The notes beneath the pieces are model-generated. The model was not told the origin of the DNA. It ran no database searches and saw only the letters and a list, made by a program, of their open reading frames with translations. The translations under genes and the position numbers were made by a program. A stretch of 64,000 nucleotides of DNA, taken from contig CACKZG010000001.1 of assembly GCA_902604545.1 (NCBI GenBank), forward strand, positions 96 to 64,095, read 5' to 3'. Of this stretch, positions 41,256-50,247 are shown one piece after another. This DNA is from an uncultured Pelagibacteraceae bacterium (GTDB lineage: Bacteria > Pseudomonadota > Alphaproteobacteria > Pelagibacterales > Pelagibacteraceae). How positions within the stretch are numbered: the first letter of the stretch is position 1; each line of letters begins with the position of its first letter.

Positions 41256-42262
41256 AGTTTGTCTCCATAATTTTCAATTTCAATATAATTTCTGAAATAC
41301 TCCTCTATATCAGTATCAAAATTATAAAAATCAGTTTTTTTTATTGCATATCTAAATTTAGCAGATCTGGATGGTGGATTTTCGCTTACCTCTTCATCTG
41401 TGGGAGTTATTGGTTTTTTTTGAATTAGATTAAATAATGTATCTGCTTGTTTTACAACAGGGCTATATCGTGAAATACTTTTATTTTGGGAAAGACTTTT
41501 AAAAAAGTATTTTACTATTTTATCCTCTAATGAATGAAATGTAACTACCCCTAAAGCACCACCTTTTTTTAAAACTTTAGCAGCATTAATAAGTCCAAAA
41601 ATTAACTCACTTATTTCTTTATTTACAAATATTCTAAGGGCCTGAAAAACCTTAGTAGCATTATGAACTTTAAAATTTTTTCTTTTTTTTGATTTATCAA
41701 TAATTTCAACTAAAGATTTAGTATCAATTGTATTTTTAGATCTCTCTTTTATAATATTTCGCGCGATATATTTTGCTTCTTTTTCATCTCCAAAAAATTT
41801 AAAAATTTTTTCTAGTTCTTTTCCATCAAGTTTATTAATTGCATCTTGTGCTGAATAAGTATTTAAACCCAGTTGCATGTTTAATTTACCATCAGCATCA
41901 AAGGACAATCCTTTTTCTGGGTCTTTAATTTGAGTATAAGAATAACCAAGATCAAAAATTACTCCTCTTATATTTTCGTTTTTTAGCTTTAAATTATTTA
42001 ATTGACTAAATTTAATATTTTTAAAAATAAATCTGTTTTCAAAATTTTCTTTAAATTTGTTTGCAATTTTTTCACTCTCTTTATCTCTATCAAGAGCTAT
42101 TACATTTGTATTTTTAAAATCTAAAATTTTTTTGGAGTAACCACCTTGACCAAATGTGCAATCAATAAATGTGCCACCATGTTGAGGGGTAATAACGCTA
42201 ATAATTTCATTTAGCAGTACCGGATAATGCTTTTGCATTTTCGATACTATGGTGGCGTCCAT
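41252..42262 (-). CDS. rsmH: 16S rRNA m4C1402 methyltransferase
   Basis: [37 protein letters not shown]. Confidence 0.96.
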   Translation of the reverse strand: MDATIVSKMQKHYPVLLNEIISVITPQHGGTFIDCTFGQGGYSKKILDFKNTNVIALDRDKESEKIANKFKENFENRFIFKNIKFSQLNNLKLKNENIRGVIFDLGYSYTQIKDPEKGLSFDADGKLNMQLGLNTYSAQDAINKLDGKELEKIFKFFGDEKEAKYIARNIIKERSKNTIDTKSLVEIIDKSKKRKNFKVHNATKVFQALRIFVNKEISELIFGLINAAKVLKKGGALGVVTFHSLEDKIVKYFFKSLSQNKSISRYSPVVKQADTLFNLIQKKPITPTDEEVSENPPSRSAKFRYAIKKTDFYNFDTDIEEYFRNYIEIENYGDKL

Positions 42263-42280
42263 TTATTTCTTGGAAGACCA

Positions 42281-43762
42281 TTAATTTTTTTGTCTTCTTA
42301 AGAATGCTGGTATCTCAAGATCATCCTCATCTTCCTCATTAGAGGACAATAAATCCTCAGGACTTGAATTTTCAGGTTCTGAACTAAATAAATCTGGTGA
42401 ATCGGAATCAACACCGAATTCTTTTAGATCATTAGAAGTTTCTTCCTCAAAATTAGTTTGTTGATTTTCTTCATGAGTAGTATCCATAGCTTCTTGTGTA
42501 AAAGATTTTTCTATTTCATTAACAGAACTATCCTCAACTATACTTTCAGTTTGCATTTCGGTGTTTTGAACAACTCCCTCGTTCATCATTTGATTATGAG
42601 AAATTTCCGTTTGTTGTTCTTGGATAATCTCATTTTCGAGTTTTAAAGCGTTAGCACCATTTGTTATTGGGTTTGATGCAGTTGTATTTGAAAAATTGAA
42701 AGATTGAGATGATCCCATGTTTGAAAAATCAGAATAACCTGGATTACGATTTTGAATTCTATGAACCATATTTACTACAGATTTTGATTCTGGTTGCTGT
42801 CCATCTAAAGAAGTAGCAACAATTGATACTCTCATTTTTCCATCTAGCTCTGTATCTGTGATTGCACCAATAATTAATTCTGCTTCAGGATCGACTTCTG
42901 CTCTAACTTTATTTACTGCCTCATCAACTTCAAAAAGTTTAAGATCTTTACCACCAGTAATATTTACTAATAATCCTTTTGCACCTTTTAAAGTATAATC
43001 ATCTATTAACGGATTACTTATTGCCATCTCCGCTGCTTTAAGAGCTCTACCTTCTCCTTCAGCTTCACCAGTTCCCATCATAGCTTTACCCATTGCCGCC
43101 ATGACTGTTTCAACGTCGGCAAAATCTAAATTAATTAAACCAGGTCTTACCATTAAATCAGTAATACTCTGTACACCGTGCATTAAAACGTTATTTGAAA
43201 GATTAAAAGATTCTTCAAATGTTGTTTGTTCATTAGCTATTTTGAATAGGTTTTGATTTGGAATAACAATTATCGTATCAACATGCTTTCTTAATTCTTC
43301 CAAGCCCTGTTGTGCTCTTCTCATTCTAGAGGGGCCTTCATATAAAAATGGAAGAGTCACAACACCTACAGTTAATATATTTAATTCTTTAGCAGCTCTT
43401 GCAATTACATGGGCAGCACCCGTACCTGTTCCACCACCCATACCGGCTGCAATAAAAACCATATTTGCACCTTGAAGTGTGTTTACAATTTCATTTAAAG
43501 ATTCGTCTGCTGCGGCTTGTCCTATGTCAAGTTTTGCACCTGCTCCTAAACCTTTTGTTAAATTTAAACCAATTTGAATTCTTGTTTTTGCTTTACTAAG
43601 CTTCAAATCTTGAGCATCAGTATTTACCGCAATAAATTCTACTCCTTGTAGATTGTTTTCTATCATTTCGTTAATTGCATTTCCGCCAGCTCCACCAACT
43701 CCTAAAACTAGTAGTCGTGGCTGTAGCTCTTTAATTTCTGGTGCTTTAAAGTTAATAGTCAT
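42281..43762 (-). CDS. ftsZ: Cell division protein FtsZ
   Basis: GGGTGTG, NLDFAD, long acidic linker, C-terminal [10 protein letters not shown]. Confidence 0.98.
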   Translation of the reverse strand: MTINFKAPEIKELQPRLLVLGVGGAGGNAINEMIENNLQGVEFIAVNTDAQDLKLSKAKTRIQIGLNLTKGLGAGAKLDIGQAAADESLNEIVNTLQGANMVFIAAGMGGGTGTGAAHVIARAAKELNILTVGVVTLPFLYEGPSRMRRAQQGLEELRKHVDTIIVIPNQNLFKIANEQTTFEESFNLSNNVLMHGVQSITDLMVRPGLINLDFADVETVMAAMGKAMMGTGEAEGEGRALKAAEMAISNPLIDDYTLKGAKGLLVNITGGKDLKLFEVDEAVNKVRAEVDPEAELIIGAITDTELDGKMRVSIVATSLDGQQPESKSVVNMVHRIQNRNPGYSDFSNMGSSQSFNFSNTTASNPITNGANALKLENEIIQEQQTEISHNQMMNEGVVQNTEMQTESIVEDSSVNEIEKSFTQEAMDTTHEENQQTNFEEETSNDLKEFGVDSDSPDLFSSEPENSSPEDLLSSNEEDEDDLEIPAFLRRQKN

Positions 43763-43772
43763 CTTTTATCCC

Positions 43773-44231
43773 CTATTGTTTGTTATGTTGAAGCTCCCAT
43801 TTAAGATTACCACGATTAATATTTGCTTTTTTTCTCGCTGTTATCTTAAATTTTTCAAATGCTGTTGGTTCCCATATTTGAAATGTTTGGCCTTGACCAA
43901 CAAACAACATGCTATTTTTTATTTTTGCATGTTTTAATAATTTTGATGAAAGTAAAATTCTACCCTCACTGTCGAATTGTAAATTTATACTTTCTGCTAA
44001 TATAGATGTTGCAAAGTAGTCTCTTTTTTCCTCAAAGGGATTTAAGGAGTCAATTGCTGAAGAAATTTTTTCAATTCTATCTTGGGAACATGCTTCTATA
44101 GAGGAGTTATTAAATGATGGATAACAAATAACACCATTATAACCTAAGTTGGATAAATGTGACCTAAAACTAGCAGGCACAGATACTCTCCCTTTTTTGT
44201 CTAATTTGTTTTCGTATGTTGATAAAAACAT
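43773..44231 (-). CDS. mraZ: Transcriptional regulator MraZ
   Basis: DKKGRVSVP and DSEGRI repeats, FQIW. Confidence 0.96.
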   Translation of the reverse strand: MFLSTYENKLDKKGRVSVPASFRSHLSNLGYNGVICYPSFNNSSIEACSQDRIEKISSAIDSLNPFEEKRDYFATSILAESINLQFDSEGRILLSSKLLKHAKIKNSMLFVGQGQTFQIWEPTAFEKFKITARKKANINRGNLKWELQHNKQ

Positions 44232-44250
44232 AAAACATAAATTCCGTTAT

Positions 44251-44304
44251 TCCCACATATATGGGAATTTATGGGATATTATGGGTTTTACAACTAGACG
44301 TCAA
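44251..44304 (-). promoter_or_regulatory. dcw promoter with MraZ-type operator repeats
   Basis: Three ATGGG repeats at 10-bp period (44261, 44271, 44281) plus inverted TCCCA at 44251; minus-strand TTGACG-N17-TAATAT overlaps them. Confidence 0.78.
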
Positions 44305-44413
44305 TACCTATTATTTTAGTAATATTATTGTTTTATTAAGAATGAAAATGGACACTTGTGCTTAAATAATAAGAATAAACTAAGAAACTTATAGTGATAT
44401 TTTGATTTGAAGT

Positions 44414-44768
44414 GCCAGATAAACTATAAGCCGGGTTCTGTCATTTAAACCTATCATTTGTCTAGGCTTAAGATCACTCTTAAGCTCAAGCAACTAACCC
44501 TGATGACTAGCCAAGGACGGCTTTTTGTTTTTCAACAATGTCATCTCTACTTAGTCTTGCTCCCAGTGGGGTTTTCCAGCGTTCATTGTTACCAATAGAA
44601 CCGGTGCGCTCTTACCACACCTTTTCACCCTTGCCATGTTATGGCGGTTTATTTTCTGTGGCACTATCCCTAGGGTTTCCCCCGCCAGGTATTACCTGGC
44701 ACTGTGTCCTCGTAGAGCCCGGACTTTCCTCTTTAAAATAAATTAAAGCGATAAGTCATTTATCTGGC
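44414..44768 (-). ncRNA. rnpB: RNase P RNA (type A)
   Basis: GAGGAAAGTCCGGGCTC near the 5' end, ACAGAACCCGGCTTA near the 3' end, P1 helix GCCAGATAAA/TTTATCTGGC; typical position upstream of mraZ. Confidence 0.96.
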
Positions 44769-44808
44769 AAATTCAATTTAGTACTAATTTATAAAACTTC
44801 AAGAAATT

Positions 44809-45552
44809 TTATGAAAATTTTTTTGCTAAATTATCACTAATAATCAAACATTCTTTATCAAGCTTACCATTAACTAATTCTTGTCTAAATCTTCTTTGAA
44901 AAGCTTTGACGATATAATTATTAAATTTTCTATTTTTTGAATTTTCTGATTTTTTCATTATATACCCAATTTTTGATAGATTGTTACAAAAAATTTTTTT
45001 ACTAACTTTATCTAATTCAATTTTTCTATTTTTTTTAAGTGACTGAATAGACAATGAATGCCATAAGCCTATACCTTGCTTTGATAGCTCTTTCCATGGA
45101 AATTTTTCTCCTGGATCTTTTTTTCTTTCTGGTGCTACGTCTGAATGTCCCAAAATATTTTTAGAATTAATTTTATATTTTTTTATTAATATTTTGCTTA
45201 AATTTACTAAAGATTGAATTTGTTTTTTAGAAAATTTTTTATAATTGTAATTATGTCCAGGATTACTGATTTCTATACCAATAGAATATCTATTAAGAGA
45301 TTTGTAATATTTCCACCTAGATTTACCAGCGTGCCACGCAACATATAAATCAGGCACCATAACAGAAGTTTTGCCGTTTTTTTTTATAAAGTAATGGCAG
45401 CTAACATCAGATTTAAAATTAGTTAACTTTTTAATTGCATCAAGCTCTCTCTTCATTCCTGTATAATGAAAAATTAAAAATTTTATTTGAGTTTTGTGTC
45501 TTTTTATAGGGTCGAAATTTGGTGAGTAATTAGAAAAAATTTTTAATCTCAT
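44809..45552 (-). CDS. N-acetylmuramoyl-L-alanine amidase (Amidase_2, AmiD-like)
   Basis: HYT, AWHAG, SIGIE, GHSDVAPERKKDPG. Confidence 0.92.
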   Translation of the reverse strand: MRLKIFSNYSPNFDPIKRHKTQIKFLIFHYTGMKRELDAIKKLTNFKSDVSCHYFIKKNGKTSVMVPDLYVAWHAGKSRWKYYKSLNRYSIGIEISNPGHNYNYKKFSKKQIQSLVNLSKILIKKYKINSKNILGHSDVAPERKKDPGEKFPWKELSKQGIGLWHSLSIQSLKKNRKIELDKVSKKIFCNNLSKIGYIMKKSENSKNRKFNNYIVKAFQRRFRQELVNGKLDKECLIISDNLAKKFS

Positions 45553-45653
45553 TTTAGTTGTATTGATAGATTATTTTAAGCCATATTTAAGTCATTTTTA
45601 ACACTAAATCTTGATTTACTTTATATGCATAAACACTATATAATTCGAAACAT

Positions 45654-46445
45654 ATGATTAGATTTTTAAAGATTATTTTTTTATTCATTTTTATTACATC
45701 AAATGCTTTAGCAGGATCTGATGGGGACTTAGAGTTATCAAATAAAAGTAAATCTACTAAAGATTGTTTTGAGACACTAAACCGGGCAACTTTTGCATTG
45801 AATCAAGGTTTGGATAAAGCTGTTTTAAAACCTGTAGCTAAAGGATACAGATCTTTACCAACTCCAATAAAAAAAGGAACTGGTAATGTTTTAAATAATC
45901 TATCAACTTTGATAACTATTCCGAATAATGTGTTACAGGGTGATATAAAACTTGCAGCAATCAATACTGGAAGATTAGTTGTAAATACAACGCTTGGAAT
46001 ATTGGGTATATTTGACCCCGCATCTGAAATGGGTTTTCCCAAATATGTTAAAGAAGATTACGGACAAACATTAGGAGCTTGGGGAGTTGGTCCAGGTTGT
46101 TATTTAGTTTTGCCAGTTTTAGGACCATCTTCAATTAGGGATACTGCGGGCATGTTTGTTAATGTTATGGGTGGAGATCCTTACTATAATATTTCAGTAA
46201 ATGGAAATAATGAATATTTAGATGGTAAATTGTTTGCTGCTACAAAAATGTTATCAGGCGTAGAGTTTAGAGCAAACAATATTGAATCATTAGATAATTT
46301 AGAGGCAAATTCTGTAGATTTTTATGCTTCGGTTAAAAGTTTGTATACCCAAGATAGAGAAAATAAAATTAAAAATATTCAAAGAGGAAGCATAGAAGTA
46401 ATCTATAATCAAGATGATGATTGGGAAGAGATAGATACAAAGTAA
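45654..46445 (+). CDS. mlaA: MlaA/VacJ lipid-asymmetry protein
   Basis: NTTLGILG, EDYGQTLGAWG, YLVLPVLGPS. Confidence 0.92.
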   Translation: MIRFLKIIFLFIFITSNALAGSDGDLELSNKSKSTKDCFETLNRATFALNQGLDKAVLKPVAKGYRSLPTPIKKGTGNVLNNLSTLITIPNNVLQGDIKLAAINTGRLVVNTTLGILGIFDPASEMGFPKYVKEDYGQTLGAWGVGPGCYLVLPVLGPSSIRDTAGMFVNVMGGDPYYNISVNGNNEYLDGKLFAATKMLSGVEFRANNIESLDNLEANSVDFYASVKSLYTQDRENKIKNIQRGSIEVIYNQDDDWEEIDTK

Positions 46446-46457
46446 ACAAACAATAAA

Positions 46458-47051
46458 ATGAAAAGATTATTTACTTTTACTCTGTTTGTAATAATTTTGT
46501 TCACAAATTTTAATCGAGCATATTCTATTTCGCCTGATGTATTTATTCAATCAACAGTCAATAGAGCTTCTCAAGTATTATCTAAAGATATATCTAAGGA
46601 AGAAAAAATAAAACAACTAAGAATTATTGCAAAAGAAACTGTAGATATAAGAGGTGTTGGCTTTTACTCCTTAGGTTCTGCAAGAAAAGAAATTAATAAT
46701 GATCAAAAAAATACTTATTTAAATTTGTTTGAGAATTACTTCTTAAAAAGCTTCTCAAGTAGATTAGCTGAATATACAAATCCAGAAATTGACGTAAAAA
46801 ACAAACAAATTTTAAATAAAAATTACACCATAGTTAATAGTATTTTAATTGCCACTGATGATAGACCCGAAGTGAAAATTGATTGGAGGGTTTATACAAA
46901 AAATCCGGATAATCCTTTAATTAGAGATCTAATTATAGAAGGACTTAGTTTAGCAAGAACTCAAAAAGAGGAATTTACATCTATCTTAAATTCCAATGAT
47001 GGCGATATAACAGCTCTTTTCAAAATTTTAGAGGAATTTTCTAATAACTAA
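46458..47051 (+). CDS. mlaC: MlaC/Ttg2D phospholipid-binding protein
   Basis: Signal peptide, DLIIEGLSL...EEF; follows mlaA. Confidence 0.88.
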   Translation: MKRLFTFTLFVIILFTNFNRAYSISPDVFIQSTVNRASQVLSKDISKEEKIKQLRIIAKETVDIRGVGFYSLGSARKEINNDQKNTYLNLFENYFLKSFSSRLAEYTNPEIDVKNKQILNKNYTIVNSILIATDDRPEVKIDWRVYTKNPDNPLIRDLIIEGLSLARTQKEEFTSILNSNDGDITALFKILEEFSNN

Positions 47052-47064
47052 TTTTATAATTTTT

Positions 47065-47112
47065 TGGTGGGCCCACCAGGATTCGACCCTGGGACCAATA
47101 CACTATGAGCGT
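47065..47112 (-). repeat. Degenerate copy of the 3' half of tRNA-Ile2 (att-like direct repeat)
   Basis: 43/48 identical to 48741-48788. Confidence 0.9.
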
Positions 47113-47460
47113 CCTTAACGAAACGAAATTAACCTAGTAATAGTTTAATTATTTTAACTTTAGAATTTTTGGTACACCCTCTCGTCACTTTAAGGAATAA
47201 TTTTTGATTAAAATTGACTGTACAAATTAAAAAAAATTATTTTTAAAATTCATAAATAAAACAAGTTACAAGCAAACTTTGAACATACGCCAATGATTTA
47301 CTTTTATAATGCATTGGATTTCAATCCTTTTCTATCGTATTCCGCTTTTTTTATTATCTCCCTTGTTGCGTAATTCGAACCAAACGAAAAGGATTGAGAC
47401 CATAACCAATTACAAACTTTTAACCCTCAAAAAATCAATCAACAATAGGAGTTCCAATAT

Positions 47461-47646
47461 ATGGAAATAGGCCGTGTCTGTAAGTACTGTCACGTGAGTG
47501 CTTACGTTGCGTATGATAACTGCGATCCCGTTTATAAACAAACTTTCAAATTCGAAATATTACCAGGAGAACACAACAGTTTAGTCTGGGATAAAATCAT
47601 AAAAATATTTAAGAAAAATGGATACAAAGTGGAGCTCAAATCATGA
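47461..47646 (+). CDS. 61-aa hypothetical protein with CxxC
   Basis: RBS AGGAG upstream; ATGA overlap with the next ORF. Confidence 0.65.
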   Translation: MEIGRVCKYCHVSAYVAYDNCDPVYKQTFKFEILPGEHNSLVWDKIIKIFKKNGYKVELKS

Positions 47647-48218
47647 AAAGAGTTTTACTTATTATTTTATTACATCTATCTCTTTTTTTTCTTGTATTCG
47701 CATATCAAGCCCAAGCCGAAGAAGACAATGAATGGTATGTTAATGACTTTGGCACCTTTGTTGTTGCTGCAGTATCAGGTGAAGTTATTCATGGAGATAA
47801 ACTAAGGTTTTTTATAAAAAAAGAAGATTGCTCTAAAGTTTCAATGATGTTTTCATTCTCGACTAGTTTAAAAAAAAATGAAATTAAAGAACTCCAAGAT
47901 AAAAAATTACCAATACGTATTAATGATTGGGACACAATAAGAGGTGCTAGAGTAGTTTATGTTCATCCTTTTGAGTTTATGACTATAGTGATGATGCAAA
48001 CACCAGGATATCACGAAATAAAAGAATTTATTGGTGCGCTAAATACAATGTATACATTTGAGAAAATGTTTAGCATCCAATTAGTAAAACAACCTCATTA
48101 TGATCCTGAGGATCACTTTGATATTTTACGTAATAATTGGAAATTAGATCGTCTTGTAGAAAATATAGAAATAGCACAAAGTATGTGCCTTGGACCAAAT
48201 GAAATTCAGAGAACTTGA
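47643..48218 (+). CDS. Exported hypothetical protein
   Basis: Sec-type signal ending AQA; two Cys. Confidence 0.72.
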   Translation: MKRVLLIILLHLSLFFLVFAYQAQAEEDNEWYVNDFGTFVVAAVSGEVIHGDKLRFFIKKEDCSKVSMMFSFSTSLKKNEIKELQDKKLPIRINDWDTIRGARVVYVHPFEFMTIVMMQTPGYHEIKEFIGALNTMYTFEKMFSIQLVKQPHYDPEDHFDILRNNWKLDRLVENIEIAQSMCLGPNEIQRT

Positions 48219-48230
48219 ATAAATTAAAAT

Positions 48231-48593
48231 TTATTTAACTTTTTTTTTCTTAAGAACCTTTTTTGTTTTTTTGGTTTTTTTAGTTATTGTATTTTTTTTT
48301 ATTTTTTTTTGTGGTTTTTCAATTCCATTTAGACAACTAACAATACTTTCAAATCTATATTTAAAAAAACCTTTAATTTTTACAAAAGTAACATATCCAC
48401 AACTAGGATTATCTATTACTAACTTGAGCATTGGTAATTCTCGAATCACCGGCATCATATATGGGTCCCATCTATGAGATGATCCACATCCACAATTAAA
48501 TTCTGTACCGACGTATATACTCGTATCTAGCTGACAAGGTCTTCCACCAAATGTATTTTGATAAAATTCCTGAAGTGGTACGACTTTGACCAT
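48231..48593 (-). CDS. Hypothetical protein, CxCxxxH..C motif and Lys-rich tail
   Basis: ORF track gives 48231..48647; ATG at 48593 preferred. Confidence 0.65.
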   Translation of the reverse strand: MVKVVPLQEFYQNTFGGRPCQLDTSIYVGTEFNCGCGSSHRWDPYMMPVIRELPMLKLVIDNPSCGYVTFVKIKGFFKYRFESIVSCLNGIEKPQKKIKKNTITKKTKKTKKVLKKKKVK

Positions 48594-48740
48594 AAATAAC
48601 TTTATAATACTTATTGTTAAGTAACTAGTACATTCTTTTAAAAACACGACTCCCTCAGGACTCCCTAAATAATTGTTTTTAATAATTTTTTATTATTAAA
48701 TAAAAAACTTAAATTTATTTATGTTAATTTTATTAAGATT

Positions 48741-48817
48741 TGGTGGGCCCGCCAGGACTCGAACCTGGGACCAATACATTATGAGTGTACTGCTCTAACC
48801 AACTGAGCTACAGGCCC
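48741..48817 (-). tRNA. tRNA with CAT anticodon, probably tRNA-Ile2 (lysidine-modified)
   Basis: Cloverleaf, loop CTCATAA, paired G1-C72, C4-G69 and C5-G68 (TilS determinants), CCA. Confidence 0.9.
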
Positions 48818-48872
48818 AAAATTTATAATTAGTTACATCATATCTAATTATATATCAATTAAAGAAAATAAA

Positions 48873-48947
48873 TGGTGGGCCGTGTTGGTTACGCTCCAAC
48901 TACCCCTGCAATGTCAATGCAGTACTCTACTATTGAGCTAACGGCCC
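48873..48947 (-). tRNA. tRNA-Val(GAC) with non-canonical D and T loops
   Basis: GGGCCGT/ACGGCCC acceptor stem, CTGCA-TTGACAT-TGCAG anticodon arm, T arm GTTGG-AGCGTAA-CCAAC, ACCA end. Confidence 0.85.
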
Positions 48948-48966
48948 TAAAATTAAGTTATATTTC

Positions 48967-50166
48967 TTATTCAATTTTTTTAAATATGTTTAATTGTTTA
49001 TCTGATGCATAAAAAATTGCTAAATTTATTGTAAAAAGAATTAATACATAGTCGGTAAAAAAAGCACCACTTGGGATAATAGGTGTAAAAACAATTATCA
49101 AATAAATTAACGATCCTATTTTGATATAGTTATTATCTCGAATAGTGTTTAAAATCTTTGAAAAAATCAATTTATAAAAAATTGATAAAATAATCAGCGT
49201 ACCAATTATGCCATGCTCAGATAAAAATTCAAAATAAATTTGGTGCGGGTGTGTTGAGCAGATATATTTATTATTTTTTTTGGTTTCGTTGCAAGTTGCT
49301 ATTCTATAATTTTTATTTCCAACTCCAAATAATTTATTATTTTTAAAAACTTCAAATCCAGATTTGTAAAGATGAAAATATTGATCTATTTTCTTATAAC
49401 TAGTTTGATCAAAATATCTATAATTTAAATATGAAAATTTAAATACCAAAATTAGAATTAAAACTATCATTGATAAATATATAGTTAATTTTTTTTTTAT
49501 ATCTAAATTTTTATAAAGCAGAAAAAAAATACTAATGCCTAGAATAGCTCTAATAGTATTAGATCTTTCGCCAGTTAATAATATTGAAATAATAAAAATT
49601 ATTGAAAACAAAATAGTTAAATAATTTTTGTTATCTTTTAATTCGTTAAGCAAAAAACCTATAATAATTAAATAAAATCCGTTTAAATATCCCCCAACTA
49701 TAGGTTCGTCTTTAAAAAAGCTAACTATTCTTTGCCCATAAAGCTCACCAAAACCTAAAATATTTTTTCCTGTAAAACTCTCAATTAATACATCGATCAA
49801 AACTATAGAAATAATTATTAACCAAAATTTAAACACTTTTTTAAGGAAAGTTTCATCTTGAAAAAAATAATTAATTGCAACAAATAAAATTATAATTCTT
49901 AAAAATCCTAAATTTCTCAAAACGCCCTCTGAATAGTCTATAGAGATAAAAGAATTAAAAATAAGGTAAATATATAAAATCAAAAAATAAAATATTGTTT
50001 TATTTTTTACAAACTTAAAATTTTTTTTATAAATCATCAAAATAATAAATGATAAATCAATTAATATAATATTGACTAATGAAATTGCTGAACCAACAAT
50101 TATTGTTAAAGGTATTACAGAAAATAAGATTAAAAAATAATTATCTAAAGTTTTATTTAAATTCAT
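48967..50166 (-). CDS. O-antigen ligase (WaaL/Wzy_C) family membrane protein
   Basis: LTGERS, FGVG..NY, THPHQIYFEFLSEHGIIG; many TMs. Confidence 0.85.
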   Translation of the reverse strand: MNLNKTLDNYFLILFSVIPLTIIVGSAISLVNIILIDLSFIILMIYKKNFKFVKNKTIFYFLILYIYLIFNSFISIDYSEGVLRNLGFLRIIILFVAINYFFQDETFLKKVFKFWLIIISIVLIDVLIESFTGKNILGFGELYGQRIVSFFKDEPIVGGYLNGFYLIIIGFLLNELKDNKNYLTILFSIIFIISILLTGERSNTIRAILGISIFFLLYKNLDIKKKLTIYLSMIVLILILVFKFSYLNYRYFDQTSYKKIDQYFHLYKSGFEVFKNNKLFGVGNKNYRIATCNETKKNNKYICSTHPHQIYFEFLSEHGIIGTLIILSIFYKLIFSKILNTIRDNNYIKIGSLIYLIIVFTPIIPSGAFFTDYVLILFTINLAIFYASDKQLNIFKKIE

Positions 50167-50247
50167 AATTTAATAAAATTAAATCATACTATTTTTTTTA
50201 AAAAATTTTGTAATTTTATTATCAAAACCATTGAAGCTAATTGATTT

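Larger units (their letters stand above)
47065..48788. mobile_element. ~1.7 kb tRNA-anchored genomic islet without an integrase
   Basis: Bounded by the intact tRNA 3' half and its degenerate duplicate; contains only orphan ORFs. Confidence 0.75.

Noticed and set aside
18181-42262. Very AT-rich stretch as a horizontally acquired island
   Set aside because: Consists of core cell-wall, division and repair genes in largely ancestral order; bias fits lowly expressed genes in an AT-rich genome
44538-44741. 67-aa ORF on the + strand
   Set aside because: Lies antisense within the RNase P RNA gene; a shadow ORF of GC-rich RNA
47065-47112. Additional tRNA gene
   Set aside because: Only the 3' half is present, with no D arm or 5' acceptor strand; treated as an att-like repeat
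47243-48593. Retron or CRISPR-like system in the island
   Set aside because: No reverse transcriptase, cas gene or regularly spaced repeat array anywhere in the window
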